A stretch of DNA of 64,000 nucleotides from an uncultured delta proteobacterium (GCA_963735595.1 CAVTLK010000005.1:128001-192000), one strand, 5' to 3'. Counted from the first letter of the stretch, positions 21,772 through 34,854 are shown. Made by a program: numbers and translations. Notes: a model not told the origin generated them from the letters alone.

Positions 21772-23016
21772 TTATAGCTCCTCCTGGGTAACCGGGGGAG
21801 AATCGCCGCCGAGGTCAAACTCCTCGTGCAGCACCCGGACGGCCAGCTCCGTGTATTTACGCTCGATCGCGCAGGAGACCTTGATCTCCGACGTGCTGAT
21901 CATCAGTATGTTGATCCCTTCCTTGGCAAGCGCCTGGAACATCTTCGAGGCAACTCCGGCGTGGCTGCGCATGCCGACCCCGACGATGGAGACCTTGGCG
22001 ATGTTCTCGTCGGCGATGACCTCTGCGGCCGCAAGCTCTCCCCTGAGCCCTTCGAGGATCTGGGTGGCCTTCTTGAGATCGGTCCGGGGAACGGTAAAGG
22101 TGATGTCGGCGCTGTTATCGGCCCCGACGTTCTGGATGATCATATCCACGATGATGCCCGCGCCCGCGATCGTCCCGAAGATCCGGGAGGCGATCCCCGG
22201 TTTGTCGGGTACCCCGCGTATAGTTACCTTTGCCTCGTTGACGTTATAGGCGATTCCCGATACCACAACCTGTTCCATATCCTTATCCTCTCCGGTTACG
22301 ATCGTCCCGGACCCGTCGGTGAAGCTCGACTTCACCACGAGGGGGACGTTGTATTTCTTTGCGAATTCCACCGAGCGCGTATGGAGAACCTTTGCCCCGA
22401 GGCTTGCCATTTCCAGCATTTCGTCGTACGAGATCTTTTCGAGCTTCCTCGCGTTTGGGCAGATGTTGGGATCGGTGGTATAGACCCCGTCGACATCCGT
22501 ATATATCTCACAGAGGTCGGCCGAAAGGGCCGCGGCAAGCGCCACCGCCGTCGTGTCCGATCCGCCGCGCCCCAGCGTGGTGATGTTTCCCTCACCGTCC
22601 ACACCCTGGAAACCAGCCACCACTACGATCGTTCCCCGGTCGAGCTCGTCTTTGATCTGCTGTTTTTCGATTTCGGTGATCCGGGCCCTGGTAAAAGCGC
22701 TGTCGGTAATGATCTTTACCTGATAGCCGAGAAACGACCGGGCGGGGACCGACAGGTGGTTGAGCATCATCGCCAGGAGCGCAACCGTCACCTGCTCGCC
22801 GGTGGATACCAGTACGTCCATTTCCCGCTCGTGGGGGGCCGGGTTGATCTTTTTTGCCAGCTCGATGAGCCGGTCGGTCTCGCCGGACATCGCCGAGAGC
22901 ACGACTACCAGGTCGTTGCCTGCCCGCCGTGAGGCGATAACACGGTTTGCGACGTTGGCGATGCGGTCGATATTGGCCACAGAGGTGCCGCCGTATTTTT
23001 GAACAATCAGTGCCAC
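21772..23016 (-). CDS. lysC: Aspartate kinase
   Basis: GTG start after GGAGG giving [24 protein letters not shown]; two ACT domains, ISTSEIKVS. Confidence 0.95.
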   Translation of the reverse strand: MALIVQKYGGTSVANIDRIANVANRVIASRRAGNDLVVVLSAMSGETDRLIELAKKINPAPHEREMDVLVSTGEQVTVALLAMMLNHLSVPARSFLGYQVKIITDSAFTRARITEIEKQQIKDELDRGTIVVVAGFQGVDGEGNITTLGRGGSDTTAVALAAALSADLCEIYTDVDGVYTTDPNICPNARKLEKISYDEMLEMASLGAKVLHTRSVEFAKKYNVPLVVKSSFTDGSGTIVTGEDKDMEQVVVSGIAYNVNEAKVTIRGVPDKPGIASRIFGTIAGAGIIVDMIIQNVGADNSADITFTVPRTDLKKATQILEGLRGELAAAEVIADENIAKVSIVGVGMRSHAGVASKMFQALAKEGINILMISTSEIKVSCAIERKYTELAVRVLHEEFDLGGDSPPVTQEEL

Positions 23017-23272
23017 AGGATTCTTATAACCTCCCTGATCGGCGTCTTGCGGTGTTACCGTGAGAGACGCCGCGTGATACCCGGACAATAGAGAGCCGAT
23101 TGCCGGAAGTGTCGTATACATACATCGATACGGGGAAAACCGCCGGGACCCGGCGCGAGGGGCCGAGCCGGGCGGGGCCCTGCCCCGTGATCCGCCGGTT
23201 GCTTTCTCCCGTCCGTTAGGGAGGCTTATCGACGCCGCATTTTGTTTCAGAGTCCATTGTCTCTCGTCCGTC

Positions 23273-23821
23273 CTACCGCCCGCGCGCCCGAGAAGTCAGC
23301 GCCTCGTACACCACCGGGTAATCGCCGAAAACGGTGACATCGAATCTCCGTTTATCGGCGCCCGTGATTGTAATGTAGATTTCGATCCTTTCATCGGGAA
23401 GCCAACGGTCCGCCCGCTCGGCCCACTCGATTACCACGATGCCGTCGGTCTCGAGGTATTCCTCCCACCCGAGGTCGGAAAGCTCATCAACCGATGAGAT
23501 GCGGTAGAGGTCGATGTGGTAGAGAGGAAGCCTTCCCGGGTACTCATTGACGTAGGTGAAGGTGGGGCTCGTCACTACGTAAGTATCGGGCACCGAAAGC
23601 CCCGCCGCGATTCCCTGGGTCAGCTTCGTCTTGCCCGAGCCAAGGTCTCCGAAAAGGCAGACGACGATTCCCGGAGGCGCCGCCTTCCCGACAGCCTTCC
23701 CGACGGCGAAGGTCTCCTCTGGAGACCGGGTAACCAGCGAGCACCCGGTCCTCCTGCCGCCGTCCCCCTGCTGATCGCTGTGACCCTGTCCGACCGACGT
23801 CGACAACGGAAATCCCCCCAA
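23273..23821 (-). CDS. tsaE: tRNA threonylcarbamoyladenosine biosynthesis ATPase TsaE (start uncertain)
   Basis: [26 protein letters not shown]. Confidence 0.93.
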   Translation of the reverse strand: MGGFPLSTSVGQGHSDQQGDGGRRTGCSLVTRSPEETFAVGKAVGKAAPPGIVVCLFGDLGSGKTKLTQGIAAGLSVPDTYVVTSPTFTYVNEYPGRLPLYHIDLYRISSVDELSDLGWEEYLETDGIVVIEWAERADRWLPDERIEIYITITGADKRRFDVTVFGDYPVVYEALTSRARGR

Positions 23822-23866
23822 AAGTTTATCGCCGCTTCTCCCCGGGGACCTTCCGGGGATCTCCGA

Positions 23867-25453
23867 CTAAAAGTAATAGGGCAGCGCGCCCGCGAACTCC
23901 CGGCCGCCGCAACAAAGATCGGTAATCACCCCCGGTATTTCGGAGAGCACGTCCCCGGCGATCAGGGATATTTCGCCGACCCGCTCGATTGCGCGGTCCG
24001 CCGCGGCCGCGTGGATGAAGACGGCGGCGGCCGTCGATTGAGCCGGGTCCCCGGATGCGGCCAGGAACCCGCCGATGAGCCCCGTGAGGACGTCTCCCAT
24101 GCCGCCGGAGGCCATGCCGGGGTTTCCGCCCGTGGCGATGAAGATATCGCCCGAGGGGGAGGCGACGATCGTCCGCGCGCCCTTGAGCACGAGCCACACC
24201 CCGAACTTTTCGGCAAAGGCGCGCGAGACGCCGATCCGGTCCTCTTCCACGTCGGCGGCCGCTTTGCCGATAAGGCGGCCCATCTCACCCGGGTGGGGCG
24301 TCAGGATGATGTCGCCCTTTTTTTTCTTGAGGATATCGGGCTCAAGCGAGATGACGTTGATCCCGTCGGCGTCGATCACTTTGGGGAGATCGACCTCGGT
24401 TATCAGGCGCCTGGTCACTTCCCATGCCCCCGCGCCCGTCCCGAGGCCGGGCCCCAGCGCCACGGCGGTCTTGCCCTCGAGAATCTTGATAACCCGCCCG
24501 AAGGCGGTCTGGTCCAGCGCCCCGCCCGTGTCCGGCAGCGGCTCGGTCATCGCCTCGGTCAGCTTTGCGGCCAGCACCCCAACCTGCGATTCCGGGGTGC
24601 CCACCGTCACGAGGCCGGCCCCCGCGACCAGCGCGCCCATCCCGCAGAGGGCCGCGGCACCGGCCTTTCCCATCGAGCCGGCCAGTATCAGGACATGCCC
24701 GAAGTCCCCCTTATGGGCGGTCGGCCGGCGCCTCGTCATCAGCGGATCGAACAGCTCCGGCGTCAGCACGTGATCGCGGATCGCCATTCGTCCGGCGAGC
24801 TTATCGGGGACGCCGATGTCAAGGAGGATGAGCCGTCCGCAGTGCTCTGCGCCCGGATGGATGAGGTTTCCCCGCTTCGGGAGGGCAAACGTGACCGTCA
24901 CGTCGGCCATCACGGCCGAGCCCATCACCTTTCCGGTGTCAGACGAGATGCCGGAGGGGATATCGATCGAGAGAATCGCGTACCCGTCGTTTATCAGTGT
25001 GATGATGCGGGAAAATATCCCGGAGACCTCCCGTTCGAGCCCGGTGCCCAGCAGGGCGTCGACCACGATCCCCCTGGCCGAGATCGAATCGGCCAGCGCC
25101 GCGATGTCCTCGTCTCCGGCAATCGGCACGACCGGAATCCCCATCTTTTTAATGGTCGAGAGGTTGCCGGCGGATTCTCCCTCGCGTACCGATTCGATGG
25201 TCCCGGCGATAAAGACGTCGACTTCAATGCCCTGGTTGGCGAGGTGACGGGCGATAACGAAACCGTCGCCGCCGTTGTTGCCGGTACCGGCCACGATCGT
25301 TACGCCGGTTTGTTGCGCCTCCGGGAAGTGCTCCAGGAGGATCTTTGCCGATCCCCTGCCGGCGTTTTCCATCAACACCGCGCCCGGTATCCCGTATTCC
25401 TCGATCGCCAGCCGGTCAAGCTCCCGGATGATGGGTGTGGTCGCCGCTTTCAT
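23867..25453 (-). CDS. nnr: Bifunctional NAD(P)H-hydrate epimerase/dehydratase
   Basis: LMENAG, GNNGGDG, DALLGTG, DIPSG, HKGDFG, IDADG, LTPHPGE, GGMGDVLTG. Confidence 0.93.
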   Translation of the reverse strand: MKAATTPIIRELDRLAIEEYGIPGAVLMENAGRGSAKILLEHFPEAQQTGVTIVAGTGNNGGDGFVIARHLANQGIEVDVFIAGTIESVREGESAGNLSTIKKMGIPVVPIAGDEDIAALADSISARGIVVDALLGTGLEREVSGIFSRIITLINDGYAILSIDIPSGISSDTGKVMGSAVMADVTVTFALPKRGNLIHPGAEHCGRLILLDIGVPDKLAGRMAIRDHVLTPELFDPLMTRRRPTAHKGDFGHVLILAGSMGKAGAAALCGMGALVAGAGLVTVGTPESQVGVLAAKLTEAMTEPLPDTGGALDQTAFGRVIKILEGKTAVALGPGLGTGAGAWEVTRRLITEVDLPKVIDADGINVISLEPDILKKKKGDIILTPHPGEMGRLIGKAAADVEEDRIGVSRAFAEKFGVWLVLKGARTIVASPSGDIFIATGGNPGMASGGMGDVLTGLIGGFLAASGDPAQSTAAAVFIHAAAADRAIERVGEISLIAGDVLSEIPGVITDLCCGGREFAGALPYYF

Positions 25454-25532
25454 ACTACTATCCAATAAGGGCGCTATGGAGTAGCGTCCGTTATAGTCAA
25501 ATCCACCGCCGCGTCCGGTTTTCCCCGGGCGC

Positions 25533-25910
25533 CTATCCCTCGAAGATCACCACGGCAAAGGCAATGTCCCTCGAATGGGTCAGGGAGAGGTGAATCGTCC
25601 GTGCCCCCAGTTCCTCAAATAACCTGAGCGCCCCCCCGTGGAGCTTGATCGAGGGCTTCCCCCGGGCGCCCTTGACCACTTCGATCTCGTTCATCGCCGC
25701 CCCCTGGAATAGCCCCCGGCCGAGCGCCTTGAGGGTAGCCTCCTTGGCGGCGAACCGGGCCGCATACGAGGAGGCCGCGTTCTTCTTCCTTTTGCAGTAG
25801 GCGTTTTCCCACTCGGTGAAGATACGCCGCTCGAAACCGTGACCCTGACGCTTGAGCGCCAACGCCATCCGGTCGATCTCGAGGGCGTCGGTGCCGACTG
25901 AAAGGATCAT
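25533..25910 (-). CDS. acpS: Holo-ACP synthase
   Basis: [25 protein letters not shown]. Confidence 0.93.
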   Translation of the reverse strand: MILSVGTDALEIDRMALALKRQGHGFERRIFTEWENAYCKRKKNAASSYAARFAAKEATLKALGRGLFQGAAMNEIEVVKGARGKPSIKLHGGALRLFEELGARTIHLSLTHSRDIAFAVVIFEG

Positions 25911-27256
25911 ACGAGCTCCTTTTCGATCGTCTCGGCGATCCCGGCCGCAAGGCCGGTAATCAGCGCCTGGTCCTCACCCTCGATCATCACCCTGACCTTG
26001 TTTTCCGTGCCGGAATAGCGTACGAGGACGCGACCCTTGTCGCCGAGGCGCCGCTCGGCGTCGCCTATCGCCGAGGCGATCTTCGGTATTTCCGAGAGGA
26101 CGACACGGCGGCCGACCCGGACGTTCTTGAGCACCTGGGGGAAATCGGTGACGATGCCGGCAAGGTCCGACAGCCTCCTGCCTTTGCGCGCCATCGCCGC
26201 AAGGAGCATGAGGGCCGAGAGGATTCCGTCGCCGGTGGTGTTGTAGTCCAGGAAGATGATGTGGCCCGATTGCTCCCCGCCAAGGTTGTAACCGCCCTTA
26301 ACCATCTTCTCCACGACGTAGCGGTCGCCCACCTGCGTGCGGATGAGCCGCCCGCCCATTTGCTTCATGAACAACTCGAGCCCCATGTTGCTCATGACCG
26401 TAGCGACGAGCACGCCGTCTTTGAGCTCACGGTTTTCCATCATCTGGGCTGCGCACACCGCCATGATCTTGTCCCCGTTGAACTCGGTCCCGTTTTCATC
26501 GACCACGATGATACGGTCAGCGTCCCCGTCCAGCGCGATCCCGATATCGGCCTTTGCCTCCTTGACGAGCGTGCTGACGACCTGGGGGTAGAGCGAGCCG
26601 CAGCCGGCGTTGATATTCTCCCCGTTGGGCTCGTGCCCGCAGGTGACTACCTCGGCGCCGAGCTCCTCGAAGACCGCGGGCGCCACCCGGTAGGCCGCGC
26701 CGTGGGCGCAGTCCACCGCTATCTTCATTCCCGAGAGGTCGAGGTCCTTCGGAAAGGCGCTCTTGAGAAATACGATATAACGCCCGACGGCATCTTCGAC
26801 CCTGAATGCCTTGCCGACCTCGGAGGCAATGGGACGCAGCCGGGCCAGCTCGTCGGACGAGATGAGCTTTTCGATCTCGAGCTCTTTCTCGTCCGGGAGT
26901 TTGAAGCCGTCGCCGGAGAATATCTTGATCCCGTTGTCCTGAAAGGGATTGTGGGATGCGGAGATCACGACGCCGGCGTCGGCCCTCATACTTGCCGTGA
27001 TAAACGCGATGCCCGGTGTCGGCAGCGGGCCGACGAGAAGCACGTCGACGCCCATCGAGCAGATCCCGGATGCCAGCGCCGTTTCGAGCATATAACCGGA
27101 AAGCCGCGTATCCTTACCGATGACGATCCGGTGGCGCTTGGCGCCCCCCTTGAAGATGTAGGCGGTGGCCCTGCCAACCTTCATGGCGGTCTCGGTGGTC
27201 ATCGGCTCCTCGTTGGCCACGCCGCGGATTCCATCGGTTCCGAAGAGTTTCTTCAT
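25907..27256 (-). CDS. glmM: Phosphoglucosamine mutase
   Basis: [36 protein letters not shown]. Confidence 0.97.
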   Translation of the reverse strand: MKKLFGTDGIRGVANEEPMTTETAMKVGRATAYIFKGGAKRHRIVIGKDTRLSGYMLETALASGICSMGVDVLLVGPLPTPGIAFITASMRADAGVVISASHNPFQDNGIKIFSGDGFKLPDEKELEIEKLISSDELARLRPIASEVGKAFRVEDAVGRYIVFLKSAFPKDLDLSGMKIAVDCAHGAAYRVAPAVFEELGAEVVTCGHEPNGENINAGCGSLYPQVVSTLVKEAKADIGIALDGDADRIIVVDENGTEFNGDKIMAVCAAQMMENRELKDGVLVATVMSNMGLELFMKQMGGRLIRTQVGDRYVVEKMVKGGYNLGGEQSGHIIFLDYNTTGDGILSALMLLAAMARKGRRLSDLAGIVTDFPQVLKNVRVGRRVVLSEIPKIASAIGDAERRLGDKGRVLVRYSGTENKVRVMIEGEDQALITGLAAGIAETIEKELV

Positions 27257-27337
27257 GATCCTTGTGTCCTTTCGAGCAGAGCCCGGTACGACGATCGCCC
27301 GTACCCCTCCCGATCGCGGGTTATCGCCGGGGAGGCG

Positions 27338-28261
27338 CTACGTCCTTGCCCGCTTGATCGCGTCCACAACGGCAAGCGCGTCCCTGGTCTCGGCGACATC
27401 ATGGACGCGGACGATGTGGGCGCCCTGGAGGACCGCGGCCGACGCGGCCCCGACGCTCGCCCAGAGGCGGTCGTTAACGGGTTTGCCGGTGAGCGAACCG
27501 ATGAACGACTTCCGAGACGCGCCGACCAGCACCGGACGCCCGAGTTCGAAGAAATCCCGGATATGCCCGATGAGCGTGAGGTTATCCTCGGCGGTCTTGC
27601 CGAAACCAATGCCGGGGTCTATGATGATCCGCTCGGGGTCAATCCCCGCGGCCACCGCGCGCTCGATCGTCCGCCCGAGGGCGCCCCGGACCTCACCTAT
27701 CAGGTCCGTGTAGTGCGGATCTTTCTGCATGTCCCGCGGCGTCCCCTTGATATGCATGAGGATGACCGGCACCGAAAGGGCCGCGGCCAGCGGCGCCATG
27801 TCGGGGTCAAAGGCGAGCGCGCTGATGTCGTTAATCATCGCGGCGCCGGCCTCGACCGCCCGCCGCGCCACCCCGGCCTTGTAGGTATCGATGCTCAGGG
27901 GCGTGTCGATCCGCCTATGAATCTCTTCGATAACGCCGACGACCCGGCGCGTCTCCTCCTGTTCCGAGACGGGATCCGCTCCCGGGCGCGACGATTCCCC
28001 GCCGATATCGATGATATCGGCGCCGTCCCCGGCCATCGCCAGCGCCCGGGCGACTGCCTGATCCGTCGTGCAATACCTTCCGCCGTCGGAAAAGGAGTCC
28101 GGCGTGACGTTGAGTATCCCCATGATGAGGGTCCGCCGGGAAAGATCGAAAGACCCGCCGCCCATCGTGAGGACGAACCGGCCAGCCTCGCCACGAGCCC
28201 GGTTTTCGTCAAGACGCCGGTCGCTGTCGGGCCGGCTATCGTCGGTGGTGGATCGGGTCAT
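27338..28261 (-). CDS. folP: Dihydropteroate synthase
   Basis: MGILNVTPDSFSDGG, DIGGESSRPG, DPGIGFGK, SRKSF, RVHDV. Confidence 0.97.
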   Translation of the reverse strand: MTRSTTDDSRPDSDRRLDENRARGEAGRFVLTMGGGSFDLSRRTLIMGILNVTPDSFSDGGRYCTTDQAVARALAMAGDGADIIDIGGESSRPGADPVSEQEETRRVVGVIEEIHRRIDTPLSIDTYKAGVARRAVEAGAAMINDISALAFDPDMAPLAAALSVPVILMHIKGTPRDMQKDPHYTDLIGEVRGALGRTIERAVAAGIDPERIIIDPGIGFGKTAEDNLTLIGHIRDFFELGRPVLVGASRKSFIGSLTGKPVNDRLWASVGAASAAVLQGAHIVRVHDVAETRDALAVVDAIKRART

Positions 28262-28337
28262 GTCGCATCACGTCCTGCCGGAAAATTCCCGGGGAAGCCC
28301 GGGAAAGCCCGTTTCTTAAAGATACCATCGGGCCGGG

Positions 28338-30179
<1,842 letters not shown>

Positions 30180-30248
30180 CCCGATCCTTTGTATCGCAAC
30201 AGGCCCTGTAAAAAGGCCCCGATACGGCGCGAATAAAATAATCTTGTA

Positions 30249-30277
30249 ATGTTACCATCTTTCATATATATTGTCAA
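30249..30277 (-). promoter_or_regulatory. Sigma70-type promoter for ftsH
   Basis: TTGACA-N17-TAACAT with a TG extension on the minus strand. Confidence 0.6.
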
Positions 30278-30332
30278 TTATCGTTTTGCTCCGGCTGGTC
30301 AGCTTTATTCATAACGCGGGAGGCGATACACT

Positions 30333-31148
30333 ATGTTTTCCGCTCAACGGCTCGGTTTCGTCGGTTCGGGGAATATGGCAGAGGCCCTGATGCGGGGGGT
30401 CGTGGAAAAAGGCCTCTGGCCGAAGGAGCAGGTTATCGCCTCCGACGCCTCTCTCGAGCGGCTTTCGGCAATCGGCCGAAAGCTCGGCATTAAAACGGCC
30501 GCTGATAACCGCGAGGTTGTCACGTCCTCGGACATGGTCATCATCGCGGTCAAACCCGCCCAGGTGCCCGAGGTTCTTTCGGAAGTCGCCGACGTCGTAA
30601 CTGCCGATACGCTCGTCGTCTCGATTGCCGCGGGCGTCACGCTTGCGACGATCCAATCCCGGCTCAAGAAAAACATCCCGGTTATCCGGGTGATGCCCAA
30701 TGCCCCGGCAATGGCGCTTGCCGGTATGTCGTGCCTTTCGGCGGGCAGCAGCGCCGGTCCCGACCACCTCGCCGAGGCGATGAAGCTCTTCTCGGGAGTG
30801 GGCGAGGCGCTGGTCGTCCCCGAGGCGCATCTGGACGCCGTTACGGCGCTCTCGGGCAGCGGCCCGGCCTACGTTTTTCTGGTGATCGAGGCGCTGTCGG
30901 ACGCGGGCGTCCGGGCGGGGCTGCCGCGAAAGACCGCCGAAAAGCTATCCGCCCAGACGGTGCTCGGCGCCGCGAAGATGGTCATCGAGACCGGCAAACA
31001 CCCGGGTGAGCTGAAAGATATGGTGGCCTCTCCCGCGGGAACGACCATCGAGGGGCTGGCCGTGCTGGAGGAAAACGGTGTGCGGGGGGCGTTTATCGAG
31101 GCGGTAGACGCGGCCTACCGGAGGGCCAGGGAGCTGGGAGGGAAATAA
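30333..31148 (+). CDS. proC: Pyrroline-5-carboxylate reductase
   Basis: GSGNMAEA, AVKP, RVMPN, SGSGPAY, SPAGTT. Confidence 0.96.
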   Translation: MFSAQRLGFVGSGNMAEALMRGVVEKGLWPKEQVIASDASLERLSAIGRKLGIKTAADNREVVTSSDMVIIAVKPAQVPEVLSEVADVVTADTLVVSIAAGVTLATIQSRLKKNIPVIRVMPNAPAMALAGMSCLSAGSSAGPDHLAEAMKLFSGVGEALVVPEAHLDAVTALSGSGPAYVFLVIEALSDAGVRAGLPRKTAEKLSAQTVLGAAKMVIETGKHPGELKDMVASPAGTTIEGLAVLEENGVRGAFIEAVDAAYRRARELGGK

Positions 31149-31340
31149 GTAGGCGATAGGCGTTATCGGACGCTATCGGCATAAGGTAACCGCTTCCGGA
31201 TGCCCGAGTAACGAGACGATACCGTGGGACGACGGGATTAGTGTACACCGCCGAGTCATCCTTTGTTCGGGCGGTTTCTATTACCTCCCGTTTGAATATG
31301 TTCTTATAACCTTTTTCATTCCATTAGTCGGAGCAGTGTC

Positions 31341-32603
31341 ATGCCAGAAAAAACGATCAAGGTCTACGGTTATCGCTGGGTGGTGCTCGGGCTCTTTTTC
31401 GTCATCAACCTTATCATGCAGGCAAACTGGATTACGTTTGCCCCCATCACCGGCGATGCAGCGGCGTTTTACGGGGTCTCGGAGCTTTCCATTGCCGTTC
31501 TCTCGATGATCTTCATGATCGTCTACCTTGCCGTGTCCATCCCCGCCTCATACGTCATCGATACCTACGGTATCCGCATCGGTATCGGTATCGGGGCGGC
31601 GCTCACCGGTATCTTCGGCCTGATGAGGGGCTTTTCCGGCGGCAGCTACGCGATGGTCTTTGCCGCTCAGTTTGGGCTTGCGATCGCCCAGCCCTTCATA
31701 CTCAATGCCGTTACGGCGGTCTCGGCCCGGTGGTTTCCGCTCAAGGAGCGGGCGACGGCCGCCGGGATCTCGGTGCTGGCCCAGTTTATCGGGATTATCC
31801 TGGCCATGGCGCTTACCCCCATGCTCTTTCTGGGTATGGGGATGGCCAAGATGCTGATGGGCTACGGTATCGTCTCGGCCGCCGGGGCCGTGCTTTTCCT
31901 CGTCTTCATGCGGGAAAAACCGCCGACGCTCCCGGGGCTTGCCGGCAGCGACGAGCGGCATACGGTCTTCGAGGGGCTCAAGCATATCTTTAAGCAGCGC
32001 GACATGATTATCCTCATCGTCATCTTCTTCATCGGACTGGGGATGTTCAATGCCGTGACTACCTGGATCGAGCAGATCCTTGCCCCCCGGGGCTTTTCCA
32101 TAGAGCAGGCGGGCTACGCCGGGGCTATCATGCTGTTCGGGGGTATCGCGGGGGCGGTCGTCTTTCCGATCCTCTCGGACGTCTTTCAGAAGCGCAAGTT
32201 CTTCATAGTCCTTACGGTGATCCTGACTATCCCGGGGCTTGTGGGCCTCACGTTTGCCACCTCGTTCGTTCTGTTGATGCTATCGAGCTTTGCGCTGGGC
32301 TTCTTCTTTATGGCAGGCGGACCCATCGGCTACCAGTACAGCGCCGAGCTGACGCACCCCGCGCCGGAAGCCACCTCCCAGGGGCTGCTGGTGCTGGCGG
32401 GCCAGGTTTCGGGGATCATTTTCATCTTCGGGATGGACGCGCTTCGGACCGAGAACCGCGCCATGACGCCGTTCATGCTGGTCTTCGTTGGGATGCTTAT
32501 TATCAACGTGATCCTCTCCGTCATGCTCAACGAATCCAAGATGATGAAGGTCCACGAAAAGGAGGAAGCCCTGATTCACGGCAAGACCGCGAAGAAGAAG
32601 TGA
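31341..32603 (+). CDS. MFS transporter
   Basis: About 12 hydrophobic segments; YGYRWVVL and SARWFPLKERATA motifs. Confidence 0.85.
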   Translation: MPEKTIKVYGYRWVVLGLFFVINLIMQANWITFAPITGDAAAFYGVSELSIAVLSMIFMIVYLAVSIPASYVIDTYGIRIGIGIGAALTGIFGLMRGFSGGSYAMVFAAQFGLAIAQPFILNAVTAVSARWFPLKERATAAGISVLAQFIGIILAMALTPMLFLGMGMAKMLMGYGIVSAAGAVLFLVFMREKPPTLPGLAGSDERHTVFEGLKHIFKQRDMIILIVIFFIGLGMFNAVTTWIEQILAPRGFSIEQAGYAGAIMLFGGIAGAVVFPILSDVFQKRKFFIVLTVILTIPGLVGLTFATSFVLLMLSSFALGFFFMAGGPIGYQYSAELTHPAPEATSQGLLVLAGQVSGIIFIFGMDALRTENRAMTPFMLVFVGMLIINVILSVMLNESKMMKVHEKEEALIHGKTAKKK

Positions 32604-32649
32604 GGGCCTTTCTCGTGTCCCGGACGACCGGGGTGAGTATGAAACCAAT

Positions 32650-32722
32650 GCGCCCGTAGCTCAGGGGATAGAGCAACGGACTTCGGATCCGTTGGCCGCA
32701 CGTTCGAATCGTGCCGGGCGCG
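32650..32722 (+). tRNA. tRNA-Arg (anticodon UCG), CCA not encoded
   Basis: Cloverleaf: GCGCCCG/CGGGCGC acceptor, GCTC/GAGC D arm, ACGGA-CTTCGGA-TCCGT anticodon arm, GCACG-TTCGAAT-CGTGC T arm. Confidence 0.95.
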
Positions 32723-32738
32723 CTCTTGCTCCAGAAAT

Positions 32739-32776
32739 AAAAAACGGGGGAAGTAGTTTCCCCCGTTTATTATTTT
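32739..32776. terminator. Bidirectional intrinsic terminator
   Basis: AAACGGGGGA/TCCCCCGTTT stem flanked by A- and T-rich tracts between convergent genes. Confidence 0.75.
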
Positions 32777-32791
32777 ACGGCCCTATTACGT

Positions 32792-34375
32792 CTATCTGGG
32801 ATTAAAGAGGGAGTTGCCGCCGTTAAACGCCCGGTCCAGGATCAGGTCAACCACCTGGATGCCGTTGGTCATCGCGCCGTAGATGCTGTGGGAGAACTTG
32901 GGCTGGTACAGACCGCCGATGGGGGTTTTCATCGGCAGGCGCTTGGGTCCGAACTGCGTCACGAGGGCGGCCATGTCGTAGTTGCTTCCGGTTGGCGAAC
33001 CCGACCAGCGGGCATAGGTGGCCGGGGTCGAAATATCCTTAACGACGATATGTTTCCTGAGGCCGGGCACGAAGTATTTTTCGGCTATCCCGATGAAGAA
33101 ATCCGCCCAACGTTCTTTTTCCGCCCGGTATCGGGCGGGGTCTTTTGCACGCCAGTGAGGCCACGTGCCTATCGCAAAGGGGACACCGCGAACGATGATG
33201 GTGTTCTTGCCCCGGGTGGTCAGCGACGGGCAGATGACGGCCGCATGGAAACAGTCCTCGGAAAAGGCGTTTTCCCCGGCCAGGAACGCGTTAAAAAGCT
33301 TCTCCGAAGTCCCCCTGCCCGTGGAGACGAGATTATAGGGATAGTCAAGGTCCAACTTCGAGAGGTCGATTCCACTATCAAGGCCGAGACTCACATTGAA
33401 GGAGGAGGGGGACATAACGGTCTTCTCGAGCCTTTGGACGTAGCTCTTCGGCAGGTTTTCATCCCCCACGAGGCGCCGCATCGCCACGTTCGGGTCTATG
33501 GTGGTGACGACCCGGTCCGCCCGGATTATCCGGTCATCCCCCTCGATCCGGATGCCTTTTACGGTTCCGTTTTCGACGACGATCTGTTCGACCGAGGTGC
33601 CGAGCTTGATCTCACCGCCGAGTTGTTGGAAGAGGGCCGCGAGCTTAGCCGGAAACTCGTCGTAGTACCCGTACGGGCGAAACGACCGCGTCATGGAGGA
33701 CAGCATCGCCCCGACGGCAAGGATCGACGAGGCTCGATCGGACGGAACGCCGGAAAACGCCCCGAAGGTCTCGAGCACCTCCCGGAGGCGCGGGTCCCTG
33801 ATCCCCATCTTATCCAGCAAACCGGCGTAGGTCAGGTTCAGGCAGGCTACCACCTTGGGCGCCCGGAAGGGGGTGAGCAGGGTGTCCAGCGGTGTACGGA
33901 TCGCCTTGAGGAGCCTCACCTGAGCGAACAGTTCCACGGCGTACGCTATGAACCGCTCGATGTTCTTGGCCTCGTCGGGGAAGATCCCGGAGAGGTAAGC
34001 GACGAAGTTGTCGGTGCCGGTGGGGATTTTGTAGCTGTCGATCTTGTCGCCATGGACGACAAGCCGCCGCATCAGGGCCCCCTCGTGGGCCTTGAGCTTG
34101 AGATCGATCTTGAGGTATTCAAGGATCGGGGTGACGTCCGGGAAAATCTGGGTCGTCTCGAAGACGTAGCCGTTGCGTTCGTAGGCGGTGACGTATCCCC
34201 CCGGATACCCGTTTTTCTCAACCAGGAGGGTCTTTTTCCCCCTGGTGTTCTTAAGCCACATCACGCCGGTTGCAAGGCCGCTGATCCCTGCCCCGACAAT
34301 GATCAGGTCATATGCATCGGAGCCGGAATAATTGGAAGTAATCTTGTCTTTTTCGAGAATGATCTTATTGGCCAT
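32792..34375 (-). CDS. Phytoene-dehydrogenase-like FAD-dependent oxidoreductase
   Basis: IIVGAGISGL Rossmann motif, EKNGYPGG, STPATYARW..G. Confidence 0.8.
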   Translation of the reverse strand: MANKIILEKDKITSNYSGSDAYDLIIVGAGISGLATGVMWLKNTRGKKTLLVEKNGYPGGYVTAYERNGYVFETTQIFPDVTPILEYLKIDLKLKAHEGALMRRLVVHGDKIDSYKIPTGTDNFVAYLSGIFPDEAKNIERFIAYAVELFAQVRLLKAIRTPLDTLLTPFRAPKVVACLNLTYAGLLDKMGIRDPRLREVLETFGAFSGVPSDRASSILAVGAMLSSMTRSFRPYGYYDEFPAKLAALFQQLGGEIKLGTSVEQIVVENGTVKGIRIEGDDRIIRADRVVTTIDPNVAMRRLVGDENLPKSYVQRLEKTVMSPSSFNVSLGLDSGIDLSKLDLDYPYNLVSTGRGTSEKLFNAFLAGENAFSEDCFHAAVICPSLTTRGKNTIIVRGVPFAIGTWPHWRAKDPARYRAEKERWADFFIGIAEKYFVPGLRKHIVVKDISTPATYARWSGSPTGSNYDMAALVTQFGPKRLPMKTPIGGLYQPKFSHSIYGAMTNGIQVVDLILDRAFNGGNSLFNPR

Positions 34376-34794
34376 GATTCCCTCATTGAATGGGTGGATG
34401 GATAACGGAGCGAAGGCTCACTCTATCAGCAACCGATACAGGGTCGTCCGGTTCAATGGTTTCGGAAGGGCTCTTTATGCTTGCCCCGGTTATGGTCAAT
34501 TCATCGCTTCGATTGCGGATTCTACCCCGGTCTTCGGCAGAAATCAAGCATGGATACCATGATCATTCTCCAAACAGCCCGGCCAGCAGGGCCCCGGCGC
34601 TATTTTCGTATCGGTTTTCTCACAGAAACAGGGCGGGAATCGGCGTAGTCGGGTATTACTAAATTACGTCAGCGTGTCCGATGTGAGTGGAGAAGTTCAG
34701 CGACTAACGGGCACTACCAGGCATGAGTTAACCGGCCTCGAATCCGTCGGCCGGAGGATTCGAAACCTCCGGGGCGTGCGTAACGAAATGCCAG

Positions 34795-34828
34795 AAAAAA
34801 AGGAGCCGGTATACGTACCGACTCCTTT
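34795..34828 (-). terminator. Intrinsic terminator of the 34855-35263 gene
   Basis: Minus strand AAAGGAGTCGGT..ACCGGCTCCTTTTTTT. Confidence 0.75.
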
Positions 34829-34854
34829 CCTGACTCAAGACCACCAACGGCCGA

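Noticed and set aside
34735..34775. tRNA T-arm-like hairpin (GGAGG-TTTCGAAT-CCTCC, minus strand) as tRNA remnant or att site
   Set aside because: 8-nt loop, no D or anticodon arm, no match to the tRNA-Arg 3' end and no integrase nearby
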